From positions 124,001-188,000 of the forward strand of contig WELA01002708.1 of the NCBI GenBank assembly GCA_009602735.1: 64,000 nucleotides of DNA, in the 5' to 3' direction. Source of the DNA: Mesotaenium endlicherianum (taxonomy: Eukaryota). The translations under genes and the position numbers were made by a program. How positions within the stretch are numbered: the first letter of the stretch is position 1; every line of letters starts with the position of its first letter. Shown in pieces: positions 50,523 to 60,487 of the stretch. The notes under the pieces were generated by a model. It was not told where the DNA came from and made no database searches. It saw nothing but the letters and a program-made list of their open reading frames with translations.

Positions 50523-51608
50523 ATGTTGAGGCTCCGATCCATAACCCTGTTACAGTTTCGCAATTATCCGCAAGCGCAGTTCGATTTCAATGAACGTGTG
50601 GTGGGCATTTCCGGCCTCAATGGATCGGGCAAGACCAACCTGCTCGATGCCATCTATTACCTCAGTTTTTCCAGGAGTTATTTTTCCCGGCCCGATTCGC
50701 AGAACGTACACCATGGCAGCATCGGCATGCGCATAGATGGCGACTATCAACTGAACGAAAAAGATCACCGGCTCGCCTGTATTCTCCGGGAAACCAACCG
50801 CAAAGAGATCATTCTCGACAACGAAGCGTATAAAAAAGTATCCGACCACATCAGCCGTTTTCCCTGTGTGATGATCGCTCCCGATGATCTTGTGCTGATC
50901 ACCGGTGGAAGTGAAGAAAGAAGAAAATTTACCGACACGCTGCTCTCGCAATTGAGTCAGCCTTACATGCAGCAACTGATCGATTACAACAAGATCATCC
51001 AGCAAAGGAATAGCCTGCTCAAACAAATGTCCGAAACAGGCAGTACCGATACGGCATTGATGCAGGTACTGGATGAACAATTGATTTCGAGGGCGCAATT
51101 CATTTTTGAAGAAAGAAGAACTTTCCTGGCAACATTTTTCCCGGCCATTCAATCGGTCTATACACGTATTGCCGGCAAAGCCGATGGACTGCAGATACGC
51201 TATGAAAGCCAGTTACTGCATGGAGATATGAAAAGCCTGCTCAAAACAGCTTATCACAAAGACCTCGCTTTACAAAGAACCACAGTAGGCATTCACCGCG
51301 ACGAGTTGGTATTCCTGATGGATCATGCGGCTTTCAAGACCGAAGCATCACAAGGGCAAAGAAAGAGCCTGCTCTTCGCGCTCAAGCTGGCCGAATGGCA
51401 GGTACTGAAAGAAAAAAAAGGCTTCACGCCCATCCTTTTGCTCGATGATGTATTCGAAAAACTCGATGCACAGCGCATGCAGCAATTGTTGCATTGGGTT
51501 TGTGCCGAAAACGACGGGCAGGTGTTCATTTCAGATACACACGAGGAAAGATTGAAAGAGCACTTGAACGAAACAAGGACGCCTTATCAAATCATTCAAC
51601 TAGTTTAA
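50523..51608 (+). CDS. recF: DNA replication/repair protein RecF
   Basis: FRNY, GLNGSGKTNLLDAI, GIHRD, SQGQRKS, LLLDD. Confidence 0.96.
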   Translation: MLRLRSITLLQFRNYPQAQFDFNERVVGISGLNGSGKTNLLDAIYYLSFSRSYFSRPDSQNVHHGSIGMRIDGDYQLNEKDHRLACILRETNRKEIILDNEAYKKVSDHISRFPCVMIAPDDLVLITGGSEERRKFTDTLLSQLSQPYMQQLIDYNKIIQQRNSLLKQMSETGSTDTALMQVLDEQLISRAQFIFEERRTFLATFFPAIQSVYTRIAGKADGLQIRYESQLLHGDMKSLLKTAYHKDLALQRTTVGIHRDELVFLMDHAAFKTEASQGQRKSLLFALKLAEWQVLKEKKGFTPILLLDDVFEKLDAQRMQQLLHWVCAENDGQVFISDTHEERLKEHLNETRTPYQIIQLV

Positions 51609-51631
51609 CCGTCATCCCAAGTATTTTTAAT

Positions 51632-51746
51632 CGTCATCCCGAGCAACGTCACCCTGAGCGAGCGAAGCGAGTCGAAGGGGCAGCCCAGGGATCTGCTTGA
51701 ATATTCGGACAGCTCCTTCGACTCGCTTCGCTCGCTCAGGATGACG
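51632..51746. repeat. CGTC-type repeat, copy 3, with an internal 35-bp inverted duplication
   Basis: Standard element interrupted at 51645-51679 by the reverse complement of its right arm; partial left end at 51610. Confidence 0.9.
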
Positions 51747-51773
51747 TTCAGAATTAATTGCTACCTTTATACC

Positions 51774-52055
51774 ATGGGTGAATTTCACATCGGCGATGCA
51801 CTGAAAGGATTTTTGAAGAAGAGTCCACTGCGCAACGGTATACGTGCTGTGCAGATAGAAGAGATATGGGAAAATCTGATGGGTAAAACCATTGCCAAAT
51901 ACACCGACAAAATACAGATCATCAACCACAAACTATTCATCCATACCGCTGTTGGTCCGCTGAAAAATGAGTTAATCTATCAGAAAGAGCAGATCATACA
52001 AAGAGTGAATGAAGCGTTTGGGGAGAAAGTGATTACGGAAGTGATAGTACAGTGA
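51774..52055 (+). CDS. DUF721 (DciA-like) protein
   Basis: W..LMG..IA.YT...L.I......LKNEL...K..II..VN; classic position after recF. Confidence 0.88.
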   Translation: MGEFHIGDALKGFLKKSPLRNGIRAVQIEEIWENLMGKTIAKYTDKIQIINHKLFIHTAVGPLKNELIYQKEQIIQRVNEAFGEKVITEVIVQ

Positions 52056-52068
52056 GTAACCCATCGAT

Positions 52069-52148
52069 CGTCATCCCGAGCGCAGCCGAGGGATCTGCCT
52101 GAATATTCGAGGGGCTCCTTCGACTCGCTTCGCTCGCTCAGGATGACG
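52069..52148. repeat. CGTC-type repeat, copy 4, overlapping the permease stop codon
   Basis: CGTCATCCCGAGCG...CTCAGGATGACG. Confidence 0.92.
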
Positions 52149-53184
52149 AGACACGCGGGTCTATTATACCATAGAGTATATCGGCCATCAGGTTCACCAC
52201 TATAAAGAAACTGGCCGTTACCAACACGCTTCCCATAACCACGGGAAAATCGAGTTTCTCCAGCGCATCCACTGTTACCTTACCGATCCCCTTCCATCCG
52301 AAAATATATTCCACAAAAAAAGCGCCGGCCAGCAATTCGGCAAACCAGCCGGTAACGGCAGTGATCACGGGATTGAGCGCGTTGCGCAGAGCATGCCGGA
52401 AGATCACACTTTTTTTGCTCAATCCTTTTGCATAAGCCGTTCTGATAAAATCCTGGTCCAGCACATCGAGCATGGCGCTGCGCGTTAACTGGGTGATGAT
52501 AGCCAGCGGACGAATACCTAAAGTGAGTGCAGGCAATACCATGTTTTTCAATTGTAATGATTTACCGGTAAACGGATCTATATTGAACAGGCTACCCGTC
52601 ATGTGCAAACCCGTATAACGACTGAGCACAAAACCAAACACATAAGCCAGTACAATGCCCATGAAAAAAGAAGGCGCCGAAATACCCAGCACACTCGCAA
52701 ATACAGAGCCAGTATCCATCCAGGTATTTTGCTTCACGGCAGCCAGTATGCCCAACAGGATACCCACGATCGTTGCCATGAGCATGGCGGCAACAGCCAG
52801 GATCAGCGTACCCGGCAGGGCATCCATCAATACTTCACCCACATTTTTTTTAGTCTGGTAAGAGCGCCGCAGGTAAGGTATTTTCAAGCCCAGTTTGGTT
52901 TCTCCCCCGATAAAAAAACCTTTCAGACCCTTGGCCCTGATCTCTTCTTCTGTGTGTATGCCCACTGGCGACACATCATTCAAATAAAGCAGGAATTGTT
53001 GCCATCTGGGTTTGTCCAACGCCAGTTCTTTGCGGATGTTTTCAATAGTGGCTTTATCGCCGGTTTGTCCGAGTACCAGCCTTGCCGGATCGCCAAAGCC
53101 CTGGAACAAAAAGAACACCACCACGATCACACCGGCGAGTACCAGCAGGCCATACAACATTTTACGGGCAATGAGCAACAGCAT
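52138..53184 (-). CDS. ABC transporter permease (DppB/OppB-like)
   Basis: TRSAMLDVLDQDFIRTAYAKGL...RHALRNA EAA-loop region; IDPRV end. Confidence 0.94.
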   Translation of the reverse strand: MLLLIARKMLYGLLVLAGVIVVVFFLFQGFGDPARLVLGQTGDKATIENIRKELALDKPRWQQFLLYLNDVSPVGIHTEEEIRAKGLKGFFIGGETKLGLKIPYLRRSYQTKKNVGEVLMDALPGTLILAVAAMLMATIVGILLGILAAVKQNTWMDTGSVFASVLGISAPSFFMGIVLAYVFGFVLSRYTGLHMTGSLFNIDPFTGKSLQLKNMVLPALTLGIRPLAIITQLTRSAMLDVLDQDFIRTAYAKGLSKKSVIFRHALRNALNPVITAVTGWFAELLAGAFFVEYIFGWKGIGKVTVDALEKLDFPVVMGSVLVTASFFIVVNLMADILYGIIDPRVSSS

Positions 53185-53206
53185 GATCCAAATGTAACAA
53201 CAAAGC

Positions 53207-54400
53207 TTACAAGTAGCTCAGCCATTTCTTTTCCTTGTGGTTGCTTTTATACCGGTCGTACCATTTACACAGGGGATACATCACAACCAATACGCCTATC
53301 CAAATGAGGTATACGATGCCCAGGCTGAAGCCATATCCTTTCAAACCCGGACTTAACGTTACCCATGTAGAGATGATCATGTCGGTCCATTTGTATCCGC
53401 ATATTTGAGCGCCAACAACAGCGAGCAGGTGTATGAAGTAAATATGGATGATGTAAAAGAACAGCGGCACCCTTCCGAATACCAATACTTTCTTAGTGAA
53501 TCCGTTCAACGGCCGCTCTGCGTAGGCCAGGAACAGGAAGGCAGGTCCCAATGTCATGAGCAGGTACAGGAAGGAAGGCGGGTACTTGGTGGTATTTAAA
53601 AATGAAAGCAGGGTAAACACAGAATTGTGTTGCGGCGCCCATGCGTGGGGATCGCCGTAAATGTTCAGCGTGCGTACGATGATGAACAGCATGGTAACCC
53701 CAACGCCCAGCCTGATCAGCGCTTTCTTTCTTCGTGCGGGGTCTACATCACTGGCATACAATCTGCCGAAACAATAGCCCGTGGCCATGGTTCCTATCCA
53801 GGGTATGATCGGATAGCCGACAAATATATCGATGTACGAAAAACTGAACAGGCGTTGCTCGTGCAGGAAGGCCCAGAAGAATGCATTCCCCCCTTCTCCG
53901 GGAACATGCACATTATCGAGCAGGTTGTGGGCTGTCATGCACAGCAAGCCTATAACCAGTATCAACGGCATGGGAAAATAAATGAGTAGCGACAAGCAGA
54001 TCATACTGATGCCGATGGACCAGATCACTTGCCAGATCAGTATTACATAAGGATGGAAGGTCCATCCCGGTGTTACCACCAGCATTTCCAGTACTACCAG
54101 CCAAAGACCTCTGGTAAAAAGGAAAAAAGAAAGTTCTTTGGTTGTTTTGCGGCTCTTGCTCAGGTAAGCAGCCGTGCCTGCGAGAAAAGTAAAGATGGGT
54201 GCACAGAAATGTGTGATCCATCTTGTAAAAAATAATGCGGGCGTGGTGTGTGTAAGGTCTGTGGGATCGTAGAGATAAGCTCCCTGGTGAAAATAATCCC
54301 TTACATGGTCCAGGGCCATAACCAGCATGACAAAGCCTCTCAATAGATCGATCGATTCAACGCGTTTATTTTTTACCTGGGCAGTTAATGTTGAAGTCAT
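53207..54400 (-). CDS. DUF1624 / acyltransferase-like membrane protein
   Basis: RVESIDLLRG.VM..MALDH.RD, RWITHFCAP, KYPPS. Confidence 0.88.
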   Translation of the reverse strand: MTSTLTAQVKNKRVESIDLLRGFVMLVMALDHVRDYFHQGAYLYDPTDLTHTTPALFFTRWITHFCAPIFTFLAGTAAYLSKSRKTTKELSFFLFTRGLWLVVLEMLVVTPGWTFHPYVILIWQVIWSIGISMICLSLLIYFPMPLILVIGLLCMTAHNLLDNVHVPGEGGNAFFWAFLHEQRLFSFSYIDIFVGYPIIPWIGTMATGYCFGRLYASDVDPARRKKALIRLGVGVTMLFIIVRTLNIYGDPHAWAPQHNSVFTLLSFLNTTKYPPSFLYLLMTLGPAFLFLAYAERPLNGFTKKVLVFGRVPLFFYIIHIYFIHLLAVVGAQICGYKWTDMIISTWVTLSPGLKGYGFSLGIVYLIWIGVLVVMYPLCKWYDRYKSNHKEKKWLSYL

Positions 54401-54459
54401 ACTCCGTGGGTTTTAGTTGGGGCGACAGCCTGTAAATTTAACCAAAAGCCGGAGTTGTA

Positions 54460-55539
54460 CTACCAAATTTTACCCGCATCTGTATAAGCCAGTTTTTTAA
54501 CAATGGTAGCTCCTTTCATTAAAAAGAAGGTAGGTCTTACCCTCGCCGCTGTTTTCAGCACAATGGCATCGCATTTTAAAATGTGATATTGTGGGAAGAG
54601 TACCGTTGCTTTTTCGGGTTCCGCTGTAACCAGGAACAGCGGTATTTTTTTTTCCTGTAAAGCTTTGCCGGCTACTGTTTCAAGCGCTGCCTTCCATTGA
54701 TCTACCCCATTCATGTCTTTGGCCATTACCAGCAGGTAATTGCCGGAGGAAGCAAACAAGGCGGAAGTGGTATCCATGCCAGTGATGTTTTGTATGGCGA
54801 ACTCTGGGATCGCCGGTTGAAGGCCATTCCCTTTTCTGGCTATTTTATCCTGTCTGCCAACATACTGGTAGGTAGAGTCGAAATCGGGCGGAAAATGATC
54901 CTGGTCGAATGTGAGTGCTTTCCCATTCTTCCGGTAAGTGAATACGATGGACATACTATCGGGCACAGCGCCTGCTGGTTGTTTCATTTGTTCCGCAATA
55001 TTATTCCCTGCTTTATAAGGCAGACAATCAACCAATGGCAAATGCTTCAACACATACCATTGCAAAGCCGAAGTAAACAACACTGCTACGAACACCGCAA
55101 ATCCTGCTACCTTGTTGCGGCCACCGGCAACAGTAGAAAAAAAGAGTACAAGGATCAATAACAACAAGACCAGGTCTTTCCCGAAAGATTGTGCAGGTGT
55201 AAGCGGAAGACAATCACCAAAACATCCGCAGGTTTTGATCTTGCCCGAGAGCAATGCATAGCCCGTGAGGAAGCTGAAGAAAATAATGAGCAACAGTAAT
55301 AACCAGTTCACCAGTTTTTGCTGCCATCCTACGATCACCGCAACACCAGCTCCTATTTCGAATGTATTCATGATCACGGAAAGGCTCAGTGTATAATCGT
55401 GAAAACCATTCCACCCCCACACTTCAAAAAATTCCTGCATTTTGTAACTGAGTCCGAGCGGGTCGTTGGCTTTTACCAGGCCGGAGAAAATGAACAGCAG
55501 TCCCACCAGCCAGCGGATAATGGTCAATACTCGTTTCAT
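54460..55539 (-). CDS. DoxX/MauE-like (BT_3928 family) membrane protein
   Basis: FIFSGLVKANDPLG, CGCFGD; next to DUF1599 and folP as in other Bacteroidota. Confidence 0.85.
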   Translation of the reverse strand: MKRVLTIIRWLVGLLFIFSGLVKANDPLGLSYKMQEFFEVWGWNGFHDYTLSLSVIMNTFEIGAGVAVIVGWQQKLVNWLLLLLIIFFSFLTGYALLSGKIKTCGCFGDCLPLTPAQSFGKDLVLLLLILVLFFSTVAGGRNKVAGFAVFVAVLFTSALQWYVLKHLPLVDCLPYKAGNNIAEQMKQPAGAVPDSMSIVFTYRKNGKALTFDQDHFPPDFDSTYQYVGRQDKIARKGNGLQPAIPEFAIQNITGMDTTSALFASSGNYLLVMAKDMNGVDQWKAALETVAGKALQEKKIPLFLVTAEPEKATVLFPQYHILKCDAIVLKTAARVRPTFFLMKGATIVKKLAYTDAGKIW

Positions 55540-55560
55540 CTGTTGGTTTTATGGTTTTGG

Positions 55561-56106
55561 TTAGTGCTTCCCTTCAGCTATCAGGATGAGGGCAAAAACA
55601 GCATAGTTCACAATATCTACATAATTGGCATCGATACCCTCGCTGATCAGTGTTTTCCCTTCGTTATTAAGTATTTGCCTGATACGCATGAGTTTCATGA
55701 GAATGAGGTCGGCAAAGCTTTCCTGGCTCATTTCTCTCCAGGCTTCGCCATAATCGTGGTTTTTATCCTGCATGGTTTGACGGGCCATACCCACAGCGTG
55801 CGCATATAGTTTTTCTACCCGCTCCAGGGGTAATTCCTCCACCATGGCATCGTTCAGTTCCAGTTGTATCAACCCAATGACCGCATAGTTCACGATGCCC
55901 ATAAATTCAGATGGAATATCATCCTGCACTTTCTGCGTTTCCAATTCCTGCAGGTTGCGTATGCGCAGCGCTTTGATGAAGATCTGGTCAACCACGGAAA
56001 TGGTGCGCAATACACGCCAGGCTGTGCCATAATCTTTTGTCTTCTTGAGAAAAATATCCCTGCACTGTGCGATGGCCTGGTTGAATTGCTGGTCGGTCTG
56101 GTTCAT
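55561..56106 (-). CDS. DUF1599 domain protein (two repeats)
   Basis: K.KDYG.AWR and KNHDYGEAWR repeats, D..NYA motif. Confidence 0.9.
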   Translation of the reverse strand: MNQTDQQFNQAIAQCRDIFLKKTKDYGTAWRVLRTISVVDQIFIKALRIRNLQELETQKVQDDIPSEFMGIVNYAVIGLIQLELNDAMVEELPLERVEKLYAHAVGMARQTMQDKNHDYGEAWREMSQESFADLILMKLMRIRQILNNEGKTLISEGIDANYVDIVNYAVFALILIAEGKH

Positions 56107-56172
56107 TATCGGAACAAAGGTTAAAGGCTTTGAATATCTTTGATGCGGATGCAATATAAATCAATAGACAGA

Positions 56173-56991
56173 ATGTTCACACTTAACTGCAAGGGAAGGC
56201 TGCTGGCGCTCGACAAACCTGTTGTCATGGGTATCATCAACAGCACACCCGATTCATTTTACAGCGGCAGCAGGCAACAGACCATTGATGGCGCCTTAAA
56301 GCAAGCCGCGCTGATGCTGGAAGAAGGCGCTGCCATACTGGACATCGGCGGTCAGAGTACGAGACCCGGCGGTGAACAGTTAGGAGCAGCAGCAGAACTG
56401 CAACGGGTAGCGCCGGTTATAGAAGCGATAGCCAAAGCGTTTCCGCAGGCTTATATTTCTATTGATACTTATTATGCAGAGGTGGCACAGGGTGCAATTG
56501 AAGCGGGTGCCTGCATGGTGAACGATATCAGCGGCGGCAGTTTTGATGCCGGTATGTTACAAACCATAGCCGCACTCAAAGTACCCTATGTATGCATGCA
56601 CCTGGAAGGAACACCGCAGACCATGCACCAAAAAGCAGACTATCCTTCATTAATGCAGTACCTGCTCGATCATTTCATTCAACGAATTGCGGCCTGTCGC
56701 GATGCAGGCATTACCGATGTGATCATTGACCCGGGTTTTGGCTTCAGCAAAACCACTGCGCAGAATTTTCAACTGGTGAAAGAGCTGGGGCTTTTGAAAA
56801 TGCTGCAATGTCCTTTGTTGCTGGGGGTATCGCGTAAGTCTACCATTTACCGTACGCTGGGCATTACACCCGAAGAGTCCCTGAATGGCACTACGGTTCT
56901 CAATACCATGGGGTTGCTCAATGGCGCCAATATTTTACGGGTGCACGATGTGAAAGAAGCTGTGCAGGCCATACAGCTTGTTACACAATAA
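56173..56991 (+). CDS. folP: Dihydropteroate synthase
   Basis: MGIINSTPDSF, DIGGQSTRPG, DPGFGFSK, SRKS, RVHDV. Confidence 0.97.
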   Translation: MFTLNCKGRLLALDKPVVMGIINSTPDSFYSGSRQQTIDGALKQAALMLEEGAAILDIGGQSTRPGGEQLGAAAELQRVAPVIEAIAKAFPQAYISIDTYYAEVAQGAIEAGACMVNDISGGSFDAGMLQTIAALKVPYVCMHLEGTPQTMHQKADYPSLMQYLLDHFIQRIAACRDAGITDVIIDPGFGFSKTTAQNFQLVKELGLLKMLQCPLLLGVSRKSTIYRTLGITPEESLNGTTVLNTMGLLNGANILRVHDVKEAVQAIQLVTQ

Positions 56992-56993
56992 AA

Positions 56994-57037
56994 CTTTGCC
57001 TTTTGCCCCGGGCTTAAGCCCGGGGCAAAAGGCAAAG
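56994..57037. repeat. Perfect 44-bp palindrome between convergent genes (terminator or REP-like)
   Basis: CTTTGCCTTTTGCCCCGGGCTT|AAGCCCGGGGCAAAAGGCAAAG. Confidence 0.88.
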
Positions 57038-57058
57038 AGTAATGTTATATATCCAATC

Positions 57059-58003
57059 TTATTTTTTGGGCTGGGCGGCAGCAGCGGCATTCGGTGCCGG
57101 AGCAGGCGCAACGGCAGCAGGAGCTGGTGCGGGCTTGGCAACATCTGTCACTTCCACATCGAACACCAGGTTATCCCAGGGTCTGATGGCCGGGGGCATA
57201 CCTCTCTCGCCATAAGCCAGCATACAGGGGATAAACAGCCTTCCTTTACCACCTTTGGCAAACAGGCGCAGACCTTCGTCCATTCCGGGGATCATGCCGG
57301 GGGAACCAATGATTACCTGGAGCGGATCTTTGTGAAGACTGGCCGTTTCGTTATTGGAATCAAAAGACTTGCGTTTTGCATCGGTAAAATATCCTTTGTA
57401 CATCACAGAAGCCTGGAAGCCGGAATCTGCTTTTTGTCCTTCACCCGCACGCTGTATTTCCACCAGCACACCAGAAACTGTTTTTTGGGTTTTGATGCCT
57501 TGTTTGGTGGTATAGTCAGCCAACTCTTTCACTTCCCTTTCTTTTTCTGCCTCTACTTCCTTTTTGTGGTCGGCGATCATCGCTTCCTGGTTGGGGAATG
57601 TTTTGATAATCTCTATGCGGCCATTGATCATATCTCCGCTATGAAAATCAGGACTGTTGGGATCGATCATCTGCATTTTTTTCAGGGTATCGATGCTCAG
57701 TGCAAATTCAGCTTTATCGCCCGGCGCCATTTTGGTAATGAACTCTGTGAAATTGTATTTACCCAGGCGGGTTGTATCGATTACGAAATAAGCCGGAACG
57801 TGACCAAATGAAACATTCAGTACGGTATCTTTCGGAGAAAGCTTGTATTCAATATGGAATTTCACAAACTGTCCCTGCTTCAGGGTTTCTTTGCTGCCTC
57901 CTTTTGTGATCTTGTATTTCATACCGGAAGGCGCTTTCTGGTATTGGCTACAACTGGCCAGCAATACAATTGCCAGCAACAGGGTGGTTGTTGTTCTCAT
58001 CAT
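57059..58003 (-). CDS. FKBP-type peptidyl-prolyl isomerase lipoprotein
   Basis: Lipobox LASC; YKG...FDS...IPGMDEGL...IP..LAYG...LVFDVE; Pro/Ala tail. Confidence 0.9.
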   Translation of the reverse strand: MMRTTTTLLLAIVLLASCSQYQKAPSGMKYKITKGGSKETLKQGQFVKFHIEYKLSPKDTVLNVSFGHVPAYFVIDTTRLGKYNFTEFITKMAPGDKAEFALSIDTLKKMQMIDPNSPDFHSGDMINGRIEIIKTFPNQEAMIADHKKEVEAEKEREVKELADYTTKQGIKTQKTVSGVLVEIQRAGEGQKADSGFQASVMYKGYFTDAKRKSFDSNNETASLHKDPLQVIIGSPGMIPGMDEGLRLFAKGGKGRLFIPCMLAYGERGMPPAIRPWDNLVFDVEVTDVAKPAPAPAAVAPAPAPNAAAAAQPKK

Positions 58004-58008
58004 GGTTG

Positions 58009-59016
58009 TTATTGTAATTGTTGTTGATAAGTTTTTATGATCGTTTTGAATTTTTGTACGGTTGCTTCCAGGCTGTCGCTGCTCCTTCCACCGGCCGCGT
58101 TCTGGTGGCCGCCTCCCTCAAAATGTTGTCTGGCAAAAAGGTTCACATCAAAATTTCCCTTGCTCCTGAAACTCCATTTCCGTTCTTCATCGCGGTCGAT
58201 GACCAGGGCACCGAGCCGCATGCCTTGTATCGTTAGCAAATAGTTGACCAATCCCTCTGTATCACCCGTTTTAATGTCGAATCGTTGCAGATCCTGCCGG
58301 GTAATATGCATCAGCGCCGTATTGTATTCGTACAATATTTCCATCCTGTTCAGGAGCGCATAGCCAATGAAGCGCAGCCTTCCCTCCAGAAAATTATCGT
58401 AGATCATCTCATGCACGTGGGTATGGTTGAGGCCCAGTTCTTTCAGTTGGGCTGCCATACGGTGTACAGCCGCAGTAGTAGACGGAAAACGGAAAGAGCC
58501 GGTATCGGTCATCAGTCCCGTATACAAACACGCTGCCATGTCCAGGTTCAGTTTATCAGCATGACCCGATGCGATGATGAAATCATACACCATTTCACAG
58601 GTAGAGCTTTTGGAGGTATCACTGATACCATAGGCAAAAGCCTCTTCCTGAGGTTGTTGGTGATGATCAATCAATATTTTGGTACAGGTAGCTTCGGTGA
58701 GCGGCTGCTCCATGTTTTTGGTGCGATGCAGGATGTTAAAATCCAGACAAAAAATAATTTCGGCCGACTGGATCAGGTTTTTTGCCTTGTCGCGATAGCG
58801 TTCAAAATCAATGACCCGGTCCACACCCGGCATCCAATCAAGAAAATTAGCCCAGTTCGTGGGGGAAATCACGACTGCTTCATGCCCCAGCGCCGTGAGG
58901 AAATGGTACAGTCCCAATGCCGACCCCATAGCGTCTCCATCGGGTTTCTGGTGCATGGTAATGACCACTTTGGCAGGGGTATTCAATCGGGGGTAAAACA
59001 GGTCTATTGCTTGCAT
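58009..59016 (-). CDS. nrnA: DHH family phosphoesterase (NrnA-like)
   Basis: HQKPDGDAMGS, IDHH, TDTGSF, GGGH.NAAG. Confidence 0.92.
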   Translation of the reverse strand: MQAIDLFYPRLNTPAKVVITMHQKPDGDAMGSALGLYHFLTALGHEAVVISPTNWANFLDWMPGVDRVIDFERYRDKAKNLIQSAEIIFCLDFNILHRTKNMEQPLTEATCTKILIDHHQQPQEEAFAYGISDTSKSSTCEMVYDFIIASGHADKLNLDMAACLYTGLMTDTGSFRFPSTTAAVHRMAAQLKELGLNHTHVHEMIYDNFLEGRLRFIGYALLNRMEILYEYNTALMHITRQDLQRFDIKTGDTEGLVNYLLTIQGMRLGALVIDRDEERKWSFRSKGNFDVNLFARQHFEGGGHQNAAGGRSSDSLEATVQKFKTIIKTYQQQLQ

Positions 59017-59150
59017 AGAGTCGCGGCAAAATTGCAGTTTCCGGCTTATTCTATCAAATCAATTTAGGGTACTTTAACAAAAAACAGGTCGCAATACCCT
59101 ATTAAAAGGGATGAATGCTTAGCTTTGCGGCCGAAATTTTATCAGTATAT

Positions 59151-59567
59151 ATGAGCAACAGAACATTTACCATGATCAAACCCGATGCTACTTCCAAGGG
59201 GCATACAGGGGCTATTCTCGACCAGATCATCAAAGCTGGTTTCAGTATAAAAGCTATGAAATGGACCCGTCTAACCACAGAACAGGCCGGTTTTTTTTAT
59301 GATATTCACCGCGAGCGTCCTTTTTTCGGTGAACTGGTTGATTTTATGAGCAGTGGTCCGATCGTAGCGGCCATCCTCGAAAAAGACAATGCAGTAGCTG
59401 ATTTCAGGAAGCTCATCGGAGCCACCAATCCTGCCCAGGCAGAAGAAGGCACTATCCGTAAGCAATTTGCCGCTTCTGTAGGAGAAAATGCTGTACACGG
59501 TAGCGACAGTGATGAAAATGCAGTCATTGAAGGCGATTTCTTCTTTTCTAAGCTGGAACGCTATTAA
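59151..59567 (+). CDS. ndk: Nucleoside-diphosphate kinase
   Basis: [23 protein letters not shown]. Confidence 0.98.
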   Translation: MSNRTFTMIKPDATSKGHTGAILDQIIKAGFSIKAMKWTRLTTEQAGFFYDIHRERPFFGELVDFMSSGPIVAAILEKDNAVADFRKLIGATNPAQAEEGTIRKQFAASVGENAVHGSDSDENAVIEGDFFFSKLERY

Positions 59568-59588
59568 GACGCAGAAATAAAGTAATCC

Positions 59589-59624
59589 AAAAGGCCATTC
59601 GCCATCTGGCGGGATGGCCTTTTT
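59589..59624 (+). terminator. Terminator after ndk
   Basis: AAGGCCATTCGCCA-loop-TGGCGGGATGGCCTTTTT. Confidence 0.82.
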
Positions 59625-59695
59625 CATTGCACTATGGCACATTGAGCCATTTTCAAATCAGATAAGATATATTGCAGCTTCGCAAAACCGGCATC

Positions 59696-60487
59696 ATGTT
59701 CGAATTCCATAAGGACAGAAAAAGATATTTCGATATTCAGGTATGGAATACTGAGAAATATGTCATTCCCTTTATTGAAAAAACCTTCCCTATTCAGCCT
59801 GGCATGCGTGTTTTGGAGATTGGTTGTGGAGAAGGAGGTGTGTTGAAGGCGTTCGTCAATAATGGATGTACAGGTGTAGGGGTAGAACTAGATAAACCAC
59901 GTATCGACAACGGCACGCTCTGGCTGGCTGATGATATTGCTGCCGGCAGGATACGGTTTGTAGCCAAAGACATTTACCAGGTGGATGTGGAAACAGAATT
60001 GGGCGGCAGTTTCGACCTTATTGTGTTGAAGGATGTTATTGAGCATATACACGATCAACCCAGGTTGATCGCCTGGATGAAACATTTTCTTACCAAAGAA
60101 GGCGCTATCTTTTTTGGTTTCCCGCCATGGCAAATGCCTTTTGGCGGTCACCAGCAATTGTGCAGAAATAAATGGCTGTCGAAACTCCCCTACTATCACT
60201 TATTGCCGCTTCCGGTTTACAGGGCCATCTTACAGCGCTACAAAGAACCTGTTGCCGATCTGCTGGAGATCAGGGATACACGCATTTCTATTGAAAGGTT
60301 TGAGCGTATAGCGAAGCAGGCAGGTTACAAGATTGATCATAGGTTACATTACCTTATCAATCCCATCTATGAATGGAAATTCGGCTGGCACGCGAAAGCG
60401 CAGTTGCCTGTTTTGCGTGATATCCCTTATATCCGCAATTACTTCACCACTTGTGTGTACTACCTCATCAAACCGCTTCAAGCATGA
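59696..60487 (+). CDS. Class I SAM-dependent methyltransferase
   Basis: VLEIGCGEGG, FDLIVLKDVIEHI motifs. Confidence 0.92.
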   Translation: MFEFHKDRKRYFDIQVWNTEKYVIPFIEKTFPIQPGMRVLEIGCGEGGVLKAFVNNGCTGVGVELDKPRIDNGTLWLADDIAAGRIRFVAKDIYQVDVETELGGSFDLIVLKDVIEHIHDQPRLIAWMKHFLTKEGAIFFGFPPWQMPFGGHQQLCRNKWLSKLPYYHLLPLPVYRAILQRYKEPVADLLEIRDTRISIERFERIAKQAGYKIDHRLHYLINPIYEWKFGWHAKAQLPVLRDIPYIRNYFTTCVYYLIKPLQA

